Shown here: positions 26,721-39,829 of the stretch, piece after piece
Numbering within the stretch: position 1 is the stretch's first letter
Layout of the letters: every line of letters starts with the position of its first letter
Origin: Octopus sinensis
Taxonomy: Eukaryota
DNA: 64,000 bases
Assembly (NCBI RefSeq): GCF_006345805.1
Contig: NC_043003.1
Location: 50,902,001 to 50,966,000, forward strand
Direction: 5' to 3'
Notes under the pieces: model-generated
What the model was told of the DNA's origin: nothing
What the model saw: the letters and a program-made list of their open reading frames with translations, nothing else
Database searches by the model: none
Program-made: the position numbers and the translations under genes

Positions 26721-28114
26721 ATGGACGCTTTGAAAATAAGAAGATTGGATCATGGAGCCGAAGGAGATTTCAGGTGGGTAGATATTAAAACGTTTAATCA
26801 ATTTAAACGTTCGTGTTAAATTTAGTAAGTCATGACAGACTGGCGAAGGTGTATAATAAATAGCACTTATACAAAAGAATAAACTAAAACAAAAATATAA
26901 CAACTAGAGAGAATAAAAACAGAAAGAGAGCGAGAGAGAGAGAGAGAAGTGATAATTAACAGTTACATGTTTTTGTTGTTATATCTTTTGGCAGACTCCA
27001 TGAATAAGAAAATCTAATTTACGTTTGCTGGAACTTTGATATATGAATAGCGCCCTCCAAACCTTAGTAACCTTTTAAAGACCATTTTAATAATATCTTT
27101 TCTCTCAGACAGGGAATTTTTGCATTGGAACACATAATGCCATATGATTTCTGTATCGTCTCTATAAGAGCATAAAAATGATTTCATATAAGCGGTTCGT
27201 GATAGAATAATAGTTGAAAAGCAATATGGCCTGCTGTTTGAAGCCAACAAAGTCTTTGTTAAGCTTGCTCAGAATCTGGTACGCTTGATACATTGGGTAG
27301 GACTGACTGGGATAATGGGGGGATTAAAGTTCCATAATTTATCTCTTCATTCTTCTTTTATGCTTGTTTCTCTATGCTGAGAACCAATAGAATTGTGTGT
27401 GTGTTTGTGTGTGTGTACACACATGCTTTTCTTTCTCGCCAGGTATTTTTAATGCTCTTACTACTCTATTACTCATCGTCATTGTTATTGCTCTTGTATA
27501 GCCCTAGGTCAGATCTGATAGACAAGACTTTATTACCTTTGCCGTTCCAGCCTTGCTCAACCTGTCTTTTTTTATTATCATTATTCAGACTTAGCCTATC
27601 CATAGGACTGCATTATCCAGTATGTTTATAAACTTCCAGAATAGCAAAGGAGATTTGGCTGCTATTTCTAGTTATTGTTTCTTCTGATTCTGTTCATGAT
27701 ATTGTTGGTAAAGCGATTATTGTTGTTGCTGCTGTTGTTGTAGAGTGATGTTAGTGATAGAGATGGTTGCGGTGATTGTACTGTTCTTTAGCATCAGGTC
27801 AATTCTGATCGACCAGACCTGTAGGTCAAAGGTATTTCAATCTTGACCATCCCAACAAGGTTATATTTAAGACGCATTGCATAACGTTTCTTAATTTATT
27901 TCAACTGGAATATAAATTGAGAAGTTCTGACTGCTTTGTCTAGCAGGTCGAATGACCACCTATAGTCTTTCTTGCTGTTTTAGAATTGTGGTGTAGTCGT
28001 CGTCAAATTGAAACGTGGAAAATCTAGAAATTGCTCTTAATGTTATATAACTGTTGTGTCTAGCAATTGCTTGCAGCAGCAGTTGTAGCATCGTTGTATT
28101 ATGAAAGACAAGAA

Positions 28115-30205
28115 GGCGTATTAGTTTGACGCTCGGGAAAGTGAGAAAGTCTTTTACGTTTCGAGCCTACGCTCTTCAACAGAAAGGAATACGAGGAAAT
28201 AAACAAAGAAAGAATTTTAAAAAAACTTGTGGATTTAGCGATCAATCAAGGTGACTGGTTGGGAAAAAGAATTGACAGAAGAACTAGGAAGAAGGGGAGA
28301 TAATAATGTACTGGTGATCCCAAAATGAAGGTATGTGTGTGAGTGTATGTGGAAGTGTGGAAGTGTGTGTGTGTGTGTGTGTGTATGTGTGTGTGTGTGT
28401 GTGTATGTATGTGTGGATAGGGGCTAGTGATTTGGACATGTGGATATGTGTGTGTGTGGATGATGATGTGTGGGTGCGGGGATGATGGTGTGTGGGTGTA
28501 CAGATAATAGTGTGTGGTGTGGGTGCTAGGAAGTGGTCAGTGCTAGTGTGTGTGTAGAGTGGTGCAGGGTGGTGGGATGATGTAGCGTGGTGGTGTGGTG
28601 GTGTGTAGTGTGGTGTGGAAGAGTGGGAGTGTGTGGTGAAGATGTGGGTGTAAGGGTAGAGGTGGGGTATGTGGGAATGGGATGTGTAAGTGTGGGATGT
28701 GGTTGGAGGGGTTATCAATAAAATGAGAAGGTGGGTAGGAAGGAATAGACGAAGTAGCTGACCGAGCAAGAGAGGAGAGGAGAGATGGTAGGAGTGAAGA
28801 GAGTAAGTAGATGTCAAATGAAGAGAGGAGAGGATGAGTGTCAGATGAAGAGGGGAGGGGAGTTGAGCCCATGTGGCACAAAATAGCGAAGAGAGAAGAT
28901 TAAATCTCGTTCACGACGAAGGCGGTAATCTGCATGGCCCCTGTACAAAGACAGTCCGAACACAGACAGGTGTTGTAAATGAATGACCGGTAGAGCGGAA
29001 CTGGTATGAGATCGAGGTGTCATTGCCGAGTTTGATTTCTCAGAGGTGCTCCGCGAACCGGTCAGCCAAGTGGCGTCCCATTTGACAGATGTACAGAGAA
29101 GGGCAGAAAGAGCAGGAGATGCAGTAAATGACATTGCTAGAATTGCAGGTAAAGGAGTCAGTGATATAATAGGGACGCTGATGAGTCCCTGTGAGGATGT
29201 TGGTATAGGAGAGGTAGCAGCCAGTGCGGCAGTGTGGGCGGTAGCAGGGGTACGAGCCAGGTTGGGAGGTGGGGTTAGGAAATAAACTGTGGACCAGGAG
29301 TTCACATAGGTTGTGGGCTTGTTTAAAGGAGGGAAGGAGTAAGTTGGGGAAGATGTTCGAAGTGGAGGGGTCAGAATAGAGTCGCCAGAAAGCTTGGAGA
29401 ATGGTGAATAGGAAGGATAGGATGGAAGGGTGCAAGGTGAAGGGAAACGGAAGACGGGCAACGGTGGGGTGGGGCGGGAAGAGAGAGCAGAGGCACGGGC
29501 CACAGAACATGCTCTGGCAAGGGCCGTGTGGATAGTGGTGGTGAGGTGATATCCACGAAGGCTGAAGTGGCATGCCATGAGTTGAGACTGAGTCTCAAAG
29601 TCATGGTTGTCACTGCAGAGCCTGCGCAGACGGAGGAAGTGAGAGTAGGGGATGAAGAGCTTGGTGTGGGTAGGATGGAAAGAGAAGAATTTGAGGTATG
29701 AGCGTGAGTTGGTGTGACTGGATGGAAGTAGTGAGAGCGGAGTTATGTATGTCGACCGAAATGTGAGAAGGGCGACGGAGGTTTTGGAAATAGTGCAGAA
29801 GAATTCGAGGGCAGGATGGAAGGATTGGACAAAAGAGAGGAAGCAGTCTAGTTGCTCACGGGAGAGTGAGTTCACACCGATAAAGTCATCGATATAACGA
29901 CTGTATAGTTCGGGAATGGGACCAGTGAATCTTGAAAATATTTGGACCTCAGCGTAGCCAACGAACAGGTTTGCATAGCTGGTGCCCATTCTCGTTCCCA
30001 TGGCCACTCCAGAGATTTGTTGGTAAAGGTCCCCCGCGAACGAGAAGCAGTTCAGACAGAGAACAAGTTCGGCCAGACGAAGAAATGTAGAGGTGTCAGG
30101 TTGGGGGTGCAGTCGAAGGTCTAGAAAGTGCTTGAGGGCAATAAGTCCTTCGTTGTGTGGGGTCGGCCTATATAGACTCCTGATATCACCGTATATAGAC
30201 TCTTG
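28115..30205 (-). mobile_element. 5'-truncated Penelope-like element: RT + GIY-YIG endonuclease (frameshifted), CA-rich spacer and 3' pseudo-LTR with hammerhead-like motif
   Basis: ORF 28841..30292: DIRSLY..PH.EG...LVL..N.F.F...YQQ..GVAMGTRMG.SYANLFVG...RYIDD. ORF 29040..29573: FTCNSSNVIYCISC..C..LYI.Q.GR.LADRF.EHL. The pLTR is at 28115-28250. Confidence 0.95.
28151..28186 (-). ncRNA. Minimal type I hammerhead-like variant in the PLE pLTR
   Basis: Minus strand CUUU-CUGUUGA-A-GAGC-GUAG-GCUC-GAAA-CG-UA-AAAG. A6 is changed to U and stem III is palindromic. Confidence 0.6.
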
Positions 30206-30516
30206 AAATATATATATATAGATATATATATATATATATGTTATGTGCGACAGAGGTGGTATTAGATTAAAATAGCTATCTGTGTAACACACTTAATGCA
30301 AATTCATCAGAAAATGTAAATTAACTGTGATATTCGTCCGGGGATATAATACATACATGCATGTGTAAATATGACTGGAACAAATAAAAGAATAAAAGAA
30401 TAAAGATATAAATATCTTTTATATATATATATATATATACAGAGAGAGAGAGAGGAGAGAGAGTGAGAGTTAACTGTGAATTTAAGTTGCACATTGAAGC
30501 TAGTTCAAATAGCCAG

Positions 30517-30563
30517 GCTGTTTGAATAAGCCTTGGGAGGCGAAACTTCAATTCCTAGTCAGC
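30517..30563 (+). ncRNA. Degenerate type I hammerhead-like motif
   Basis: GCU-GU-UUGAAUA-A-GCCU-UGGG-AGGC-GAAA-CU-UCAAUUCCU-AG-UC-AGC. Stems I-III and a GUC triplet are present but the core is mutated. Confidence 0.4.
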
Positions 30564-30949
30564 ACTTAGATAAATTAAACTAACTAATATTGATTCCTGT
30601 CATCGGTAAATGTTCGTTGATATTTATCACTTATCAACTCTAACAAAAGTTACGCGCACACACACACACACATATTGGAAAGGAGTGTAGTCGGATAACT
30701 TGATTCCACTTCTACAACACACATATATATATACTTATATACATAGATTTATGCATGCATACATACATACATACATATATATATACACGTTCTTCTGATA
30801 TACATACTTATGCAGATGCATATATAAATACGTATATATACATACATATATATATATATAAGTATATATGTATATATGTATATATATATATGTATATACA
30901 TATATACATATATACATATATATATACATATATACATATATATATACGT

Positions 30950-31021
<72 letters not shown>

Positions 31022-31664
31022 TATATATACATATATACATATATACATATATATTATATATACACACATACATACATACATACATACATACATACATACG
31101 TATGTATGTATATACATATATACATTAAAGAGAGAGAAAGGAAGAGAGAAATAATAAAAAAACTGTGGCATATACAGAAGGTTTCAACTTTATTAAATAT
31201 TTATTCAAAGGGCGGGGAAGGATTGGCAGAAACGATACAGAATCTCTCTGATAATGCTTTTCGGGATTTCATTCCTTTCCGTTACATTTTAAGGTTCAAA
31301 TCCCGTTAGGGTCAAATTTGTCTTTCATCTTTCAAGTGGCTATGTACTAAAGTCGATTGCATTTAGCATAACCTTCCGTCAAAAATCTTTGGTTTTGGCG
31401 CCACTATAAGAAATCTTTATTTACTCACAACATTGAATTTCTTGCAAACAAGCTAGTTATATACGTACATACATGTATATATGTCGTTATATGGGTATGT
31501 AAGTGGGTGTATAAATATATAATTTACATGAATTACACATATGAATTTATAAATGGATACGTATTTATGTGTATGTGTGTGTGTGTACGTATACACACAT
31601 ATTCATACAAATAGATTATATAAGTATATACAAAAATGTGTGTGTGTGAACACATTTACACACA

Positions 31665-31756
<92 letters not shown>

Positions 31757-31886
31757 ATATATATAAGTATATATAATAAAACATAGCGGTTAGGCAAAGG
31801 ATTCCGATAGAATAAGTATTAGGCTTACAAAGAATAAGTCCTGGAGTCGATTTCTTCGACCAAAAGGTGGCGAATGAAAATATTAA

Positions 31887-32040
31887 TTATTTACATTATT
31901 TACATTCGACGGATATTTGTCCTCATCTTGTTTGATGTTAACACAACGTTTCGGCTGATATACCCTCCAGCCTTCTTCAGGTGTCTTGGGGAAATTTTGA
32001 ACCTGGGTTCTCATTCCTAAGGTATTTTTCGATGTTGTTG

Positions 32041-32078
<38 letters not shown>

Positions 32079-32182
32079 ATTGTTCCACCACGCCATATGC
32101 CCACGGGCATATGGCGTAGTGGTTAAGAGCTCGGGCTACTAACCCCAAGAATCCGAGTTCTATTCCAAGCAGTGACCTGGAC

Positions 32183-32217
<35 letters not shown>

Positions 32218-32410
32218 CAACAACAACAACAACATCGAAAAATACCTTAGGAAGGAGAACCCAGGTTCAAAATTTCCTCAAGACACATGAAGAAGGCTTG
32301 AGGGTATAACAGTCAAAACGTTGTGTTAACAACAAACAATATGAGGACAAATATCCGTCGAATGTAAATAATGTAAATAATGTACATAATTCCTCATCTC
32401 TTAAACATAG
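31887..32410. mobile_element. Head-to-head fold-back of a tRNA-head + (AAT)n/(AAC)n + hammerhead-tail element
   Basis: The centre is ccaccacgccatatgccc-ac-gggcatatggcgtagtgg (32103/4). The tRNA-like head has A box tggcgtagtgg (32112) and B box gagttctattcc (32155). The tails at 31887-32040(-) and 32231-32383(+) are inverted copies. Confidence 0.85.
31941..31984 (-). ncRNA. Minimal type I hammerhead ribozyme motif (intact CUGANGA/GAAA core)
   Basis: Minus strand ACAC-CUGAAGA-A-GGCUG-GAGGGUAUAU-CAGCC-GAAA-CG-UU-GUGU. The mirror copy at ~32283-32326 is mutated (AUGAAGA, CAAAAC). Confidence 0.72.
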
Positions 32411-33986
32411 AACTGAAAATATAAATGTCATTAAAATAACATTAATATACATTTATAATTCTACCTATATGGTGCTGTATTCTTGCTGGATATTAATATT
32501 ATTAATATTATTTTAATAATATTTATATTTAGCACGCCGGGCGAAATGCTTAGCTGTATTTCGTCTGTCTTTTTGCTCTGAGTTCAAATTCCGCTGAGGT
32601 CGACTTTGCCTTTCGGGGTCGATAAATTAAGGACCAGTTGCGTACTGGAGTCGAACTAATCGACTGGCCCCCCTCCACAAAAATTTCGAGCCTTGTGCTA
32701 AGAGTAGACAAAAATAATATTTATATTTTCATTAGATATATGTGTGTGTGTGTGTGTGTGTGTGGTATGATAGTCTGAGAAGGCTATACCGTTAAATTAC
32801 AGGACGAGTCCATTCGGCTGGATTTCACATTTTCTATTAAGCCGATTATACTTTAAAAGTACAGACCCACCTGAGGCTGTATAAAAATTGCCTTTCACTC
32901 AAGATACCACTCATATGTATCTAGAAATAAACACATGTCTATGAAATTATATTAGTCCTAATCGAAACCTTGGCCTCGTGTTTCCGATGCAAACTTCTTA
33001 ACCATTCGACTATACTGTACCTATACAGTGTATATAAGACTCCATCATCCTGCATATAATTATGTATTTATTTATTTATTTATTTGTATTTTTGTGTCTC
33101 GTCGAGAGCAGATTTAACTTCTAACTGCTATCGACCGCGTGTCAGTCACAAAACTATTATTTTATAATCACCAATGATCACCTGTTGTAAGTATAGTAGC
33201 CAGCACCGCTCAATCATATTGATTCGTATTGATGAGTTCAACTTCTTGTACTGGATAAGTTACCATCCGTAGATTAACGCGTTTTATTCAAGGAACAACG
33301 TTCTTATCTGCTGAATCTCAAAAAAAGATTCTAATTTCCAAATTTTAAACACCTTGTCAGTGAACGTAGGGCTTCATCAAGAGGCAGGCAAAGACAAGAA
33401 ACATAGTTTAGATATTGTTCAACAACACTACTAAACCAGGCAAATATCGCTACACAGTGTAAAACTATTTTTATATGTTGCATTTAAGCAAATTACATTT
33501 TAAACAAGGTTAGAATGCTCACTACAGGAACAGAAATTTGGAGCAAAAATCTCATAGTCAATTAGGCGATTCTCATATAATATTGCTCCACTTTATGCAC
33601 GCACACACACACATATATTTACTTACATATGTATGTATGCATTTATGTATATCTCGGTTTCAATTACGAATCGTGGTAATGGCGTCCGTTAGATTAATGG
33701 CAATGGTCGCCAGACACATCTATTTACAGAGTAATATACAACATATAGAAACAAACTTCAGGATTTTTGTGAAAGACGGGACGAAGTAAATATGCATAAC
33801 ACATCATAAAATCAAATGAAACCACACGCTTGGTTAACAAAATCGGATTAAATGCCATAAACCCATTAATTTGACAAAAATTTTAATGAGTAGTTATAAT
33901 TTTTTTCTTGTGACTTGATCAGTCTAAATGAATTTCACGTACACGCACATATCCACATCACACAAATACCCGTGCGCACGCACGCA

Positions 33987-34042
<56 letters not shown>

Positions 34043-34327
34043 GTAGAGGTACAAGCATCCCCTATTGGCATACAACTCTCAAATGTAGCAATGTAGATAT
34101 TCTAGTTTATTTTACTTTATTTTATTTCATTCCATTCCATTTCCTTGGCAACTTCGAAGGCTTTCTGTAACTGTATTAAGAAAACCTCCGTCATCTCTTC
34201 TGACTAACCTTATTGTTATTGCTAATATACTATTCTGTATGCTACTACAAACGTTATCATCTTATATGCATGCATGTGTGTGTGTGTGTGCGTGTGTGTG
34301 TGTTTGTGTGTGTGTGTGTGCGCGCGC

Positions 34328-34428
<101 letters not shown>

Positions 34429-35129
34429 ATGTTATTATGAGATACTTTGCAGTATCTGAGCCGGTTCTCTGTTCTGATGGTAACGCTTACAACAACTTGA
34501 TGCCAAGTTTGTATCGACATTACGTTTCCTTCTCCGCTTGGATGGTGAAAAAAGCTCGAATTAACCAATCAACTAGCTTCGGCTTTTGTGGATTCGACAA
34601 TTGTTCCCAGATCACTGAGACAAAGGTGATCACTTGTATATGAATAGGAATAATATAAACGTCATCAGGTTACGCCGACCTTATTTACATAGCGATGTAA
34701 AGTTGGTCGTATGCATTAATTAACTGGAACAGTGACACGCCATCTATGAGGCTAAACAAACTATGGGATGCAAACAATATTATAGTCATGTTTATAAAAC
34801 ATATGTTTAGCGCTGTTGTGAAAATAACCCCCGTGATTAAACAACAGTGCTTCATATATGCTGTGACAGTCCTCCAATTTATACATATATGCGTATATGT
34901 ATGTATGTATGTATATATGTATGTATGTATGTATAGATATACGTGTATGTAGATACATGTATATGTGTATGTACATAAATACATATATGTATATTTTCTT
35001 TTTCTATTGGCCACCTGCTTGGTAGCAAGGTTGTGGCAGACAGCAACTTGTTTTGTTCCTCACCCTTTAAATCTTAAGGTCTTACAGATTTTTACTGTCC
35101 CAGATATCGCGATCATTTGCAGCGTATGA

Positions 35130-35480
35130 ATTAATGAGTTACATTCCCCACCCAACATTCCAAGTTCAGCCATACTTTGCGTGTTAGTATGTATATCATG
35201 TTGCTCAAATAATTATAGATATGAAACTGGTTTGGGTACTGGATCTGCAATCTTCTTATCAATGGTCTATAAATGTTCTCTTTCTCTTGACCACCTTGGT
35301 ATCCAGAGGATAGCTGATTTCCATAACACAGCATATATTTTTATGGTCCCACACAACAATATATAACCGATTGTGTTGAAACGTAATGGCTGTTTTGATG
35401 ATTTAAGTACCACCAGTATTCTTTTTGACTCATAGGTCTTAATGTCGTCAACTTTGTTAGCTGATATATAACGCCTCTGC
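35130..35480 (-). mobile_element. Decayed restriction-like endonuclease (RLE) end of a non-LTR retrotransposon
   Basis: Minus frames read NRLYIVVWDHKNICCVMEISYPLD and EKENIYRPLIRRLQIQYP (degenerate RPDIV..E.S.P..EK...Y). The segment sits next to an (AAT)n. Confidence 0.55.
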
Positions 35481-36001
35481 ATATTTACTTCTTTTTACAA
35501 TATAGCAAGTGCTCAAGAATTCCATATTGCATAATAATAATAATATAACTTACTACGTATGCAAAAGGATGTTAACAACCATTTTCTCAGCGATGAATAC
35601 ACATGAGCTTAAAAGATTTGTAGGTATGATGCAAATTTATAAATATATTTATTTTAGAGTATATGTCCCAGCATACTTTGTGTAAAAATATATCGGTCAT
35701 GTTAAAGAGAGCGGAGCAAGCCTGGTATTTATTACAACTGATTGTTGAATATACTATTTTTTTCCATTTTCTCGTTAGTATAACTAATACTATAAATATT
35801 GAATCGATTCCACGTTCCGGTGAGTGGACTAGTATTAATATCATGGAGAACCAACTTACCTTAACGTCTATATCTCCTCTAAGTTCGATAAAAAATCCAC
35901 CAATTTCGTCCAATAGTTGCTTCGTCATTGCTGAACAATGGATCTTTAAAGCTGGAAGGGAAAAATATTACCATTATTATTATTATTATTATATTATTAT
36001 T

Positions 36002-36074
<73 letters not shown>

Positions 36075-36239
36075 TGGTGGTTGTTGTTGTCGTCGTCATT
36101 CCGCTGAGGTCGACTTTGTTTTTCATCCTTTCGTTTTTCGTGGTCGATAAATTAAGTACCAGTCTGGGGTCGATGTGATCGACTATACATACCCCTTCCT
36201 CAAATTTTAGGCCTTGTGCCTATAGTAGACAGGATTAGG

Positions 36240-37129
36240 ATTATTGTTGTTGTTTACTTGTTGCTTTGTTTTATACGAGCTGTTCAACGTCTCGCCCAGA
36301 GACCTCAAGTAACACCAAGTTGGACGTTTTACTATGGTCTTTATTTATGATTAACATGAGATATTGAACGGGGAAATAGACCGGAATCTGAGAACTAAAA
36401 CTCTGTTAAATTTGTAGTACTTCAGTTTTGAAAGAGTTTTCAGAGAATCAAGTAGTTTCAAGTTCTCAGCGTTTTTCTTAGGATATGAGCAGTACCCATG
36501 AAAACAATATTTTTGTAGCGCTAACACCTTGGGTTTCCTGGTACTTAGTCATAGTATTTAAGAGCACCATTTAAAATTGACCTCAAAGCTCCGATGATCA
36601 CTGTTGTTGTTCTTAGATGGTACTTTTTTAAGACTCCTGTTTCAAGGTCCTTATATCTATTTAACTTTTCGAATGTTTTCACAAAGTATTGCAGTTAACT
36701 GGGAATGGCATATCTATAAGAAGAGATGTCAACGTGAATTTTTGCCACAATATCTGGTCTAATGACCTGTAGAGCCAATCGATCATTTTGATAACAAAAG
36801 TCTCAAAGAATGGTGATATCTTTACTTTCTACTAAGTTGGCAAGCTTATGTAACCACCAGTTCTTCTCATATTGGAATCCAGACTCATGGTATATAATCC
36901 AGTGGACATACTGGCCGCGACTATCGTGGCGATTAATGTATTCATTTGACGCTAACATAAAACATTCAGAGATGAGGTAGTCAATTATTTCTCTGACTGC
37001 ACCACAGAAACGGCAGGCAAGATCAGTATCATTTTTAGAATGCTTCTTAGGTAGTTTCTTGTGGGAAGACACTGATCCTGAGCTGCTATAATGAAGCCTT
37101 CTGTCTCTGATTGAAGTCGAGATGCAATC

Positions 37130-37130
<1 letters not shown>
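36240..37130 (-). mobile_element. R4/Dong-like LINE 3' part (CCHC knuckle + RLE)
   Basis: CRFCGAVREIIDYLISEC..LA..EY..RHD..GQYVHW.I...WW.HK...VES, then IRPDIV. Stops are present. Confidence 0.85.
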
Positions 37131-37161
<31 letters not shown>

Positions 37162-38400
37162 AAATGGTTTGCGCAGTACATGACAACCGGATCTTCTACT
37201 GACTGTCGAATCTCAACAAGGATATTAGCATGAGTTCGCTGAAAATATTTGCAGTGACCACAATACAGTTTCTTGATGGAAGCAACTCGTGTTTCGAGAT
37301 TTGTTCGTTCAAGATACATTCCCAATTTCAGTGATATCAATATTGCTCTCCTGGAATGCATTCGTGCCTGATTCTTTTGAGGACTACAATATCAGGCCTG
37401 CAATGTTCAAATCTGCGTTCATCTTAAATAGTGAAGAACCAAAATATCTTAGGTTTATTTCTGTCACCAGAGACACTTCCGGAATATGTTGATATCACTT
37501 ATCAGATATTTGATTCTATATTTTTAATGTTAGTGACTACTGGAGTTACAGACAGATGTTGTCATGTCTTCTTGTAAACTCCTTTTGCGTTAGCTTTCTG
37601 CAATGATTTCACAAAATCAATACGTCTTGCTTTCAGTAAGATTATATATAACTCTGGTCACCGATTTAGCATCCAAAACTTCATATTGGGCTGATATCAG
37701 CAGCAGCACCAGTCTTTCGCTCTCTCTCCCTTTCTCTTATGGAAAGCCAATCCCAAGACATTTTTGCTTTTAACTCCGGTGCTTATCGCTCAAATTGGCC
37801 ATGCAATAACTTTCCAACTAATGGTCGTCTTACATCCACAGATATTCGCCTCTTAAAAACACTACTTCCAAGTTCTCCCTTTTCTTAGTCTATTTCTGTT
37901 GAAACACACTGGAAAAGTTGTCACAATATACTAGTTATTATTAAATGATCCACATCTTATTCTCTACACATTCAATCATGCTTAACAGATCTCACCCTTT
38001 CTTCAACAACGAGTTACATATATAACGGATTTCCATTTTCCTTGTTCACTATTTTTTCCTTTTCCATGATCACTTTTTTCATGTTTTACGGTCCATCTAA
38101 TCAACCTCAAGCTTAGTATATTTGAAGGCACCACCACTGTACCGTATCACTGGGCCATATCAGTGAGACCCTATTGTATGTGTATTATGGACAATGCCTC
38201 ATTAAGATGGCTTATTCCTGCCCAATTTTCTGTAAATAACTATAACTGTTAGTCTTACCTTCTCCAGTAGATTCCATCCTGGACGCTGTATTCACAGTGT
38301 CTCCGATCAAACAATATCTCGGCATCTTGACACCAACTACACCAGCTACACATGGACCTTCAAAATTAGAATTAAAATTCATCCATTATTTTGAAATGAT
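37130..38400 (-). mobile_element. Second, older R4/Dong-like LINE copy ending in (TAA)n
   Basis: Minus frames read PVIRYSGG.FKYTK.E...MDRKT (thumb), HCRPDIVV (RLE) and HVLRK, followed by the (TAA)n at 37130-37160. Confidence 0.7.
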
Positions 38401-39334
38401 ATAACAAGCGTAATAAACGAAGAAAAACTTAATGTAATCTTCATTTGGTCATTGACTGACTATTATTATTATGTTTAACCTCGAGTTCTGAATAAATAGA
38501 TTATGATCAAACGGTATTCCATCGGTGATCTTTCGCATTCACATCAAGCGGTAACAAGGACCGTGTTATCTGGTGTGTTCTTTCTTTTGAATGACAGACA
38601 GTAAAGGGTTTTGAGGAAAATTTGTCTGATAATTCTCGCAAGTTGAACGATCACAAAGAAGCCGTAGTAACAGAATTAATACCGAACTAGTCATCTTTAG
38701 AAAGAGTGTCACGGAGATATACTTTTCCTGATTATTAAGTAGGCCAGTCTCAGATAACAACTAGAAGTGTAGTAATATGAATCCTATGCACACACACATA
38801 CACACACGCGCGCACGCGCGCATAACGCAATACATATATACATATGGTTTAGAAGTTCACTTTCTAACCACGTAGTTTTGGGTTTCAGTCCTCGGGCAAG
38901 TGTCCTCCGACAAAACACCTCGAGCAAGTGTCCTCTTCTATAGCTAGACTCCCAAATCAACCAATAACTTGCGAGTGATTTTGGTAAAGACTACCATATA
39001 CATTGTATGTGTGCGTGCGTGTGAGTGTGTGTGTGTATGTGTGTTTGCCTCTCTACTACTTGACAACCGGTGTTTGTTCGTTAATGTCCCCGGTAGTAGT
39101 ATTTCTAATAAGTAGTGGGATCTATTTATTGCTCGACTAAGGCGGCGTTCCATCGTAGGCAGAGTTCAATGAGTGAAACAAATGAGAGAACACAACCAAA
39201 ACGTAAATTTTGACGTGTGTATGTGTATGTGGGTGTGTCCTATCTGTCTATTGTCTCTCTGTGTGTACGTTTGTGCGTACTGTGTGTGCATATCTAACGT
39301 TTGTGAGCGCTGTGTGTGTATATGTGCGCTCATT

Positions 39335-39371
<37 letters not shown>

Positions 39372-39787
39372 ACAACTATGCAGATACGCATGTGCAACTG
39401 TGTGCATAAAAGTAATATTGTCTGTATTTTATTTGATGTGCCAATACGCTAAGGTGTTGATTGTTGTTTTTTTTTCTTTTTCTGAACGTTTGTTTCAAAA
39501 TTATAATTATATTTAAAAAAAAAAACACAGTATGTAACAAGAAGAAATTCGAAATATCCAAATGATGAACAAAAGAAATGAAATCTTCGAAAAAAATATT
39601 CACAGTGTTTTAATCAAACTAACCAAGAAATAATCAAATGAGATACAGAAATTCCAAAGAAAAAATATGGGTTTGAATTAGGAAGATATAACTTGACAAG
39701 GCAAGAACTAAAATAACAGGAAAACAAAATGGCAGGGTAGTGTTAAGAAGGGTATGTATACATACATGCATATATATGTGTATGTAT

Positions 39788-39829
<42 letters not shown>

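Noticed and set aside
28841-30292. 483-aa ORF as an intact gene
   Set aside because: It starts in microsatellite, drifts out of frame after the RT, and the GIY-YIG is in another frame. It is a truncated PLE pseudogene.
35663-36178. 171-aa ORF with poly-Y/N/V
   Set aside because: Its length comes from (TAT)/(AAT)/(GTT) repeats and a SINE fragment.
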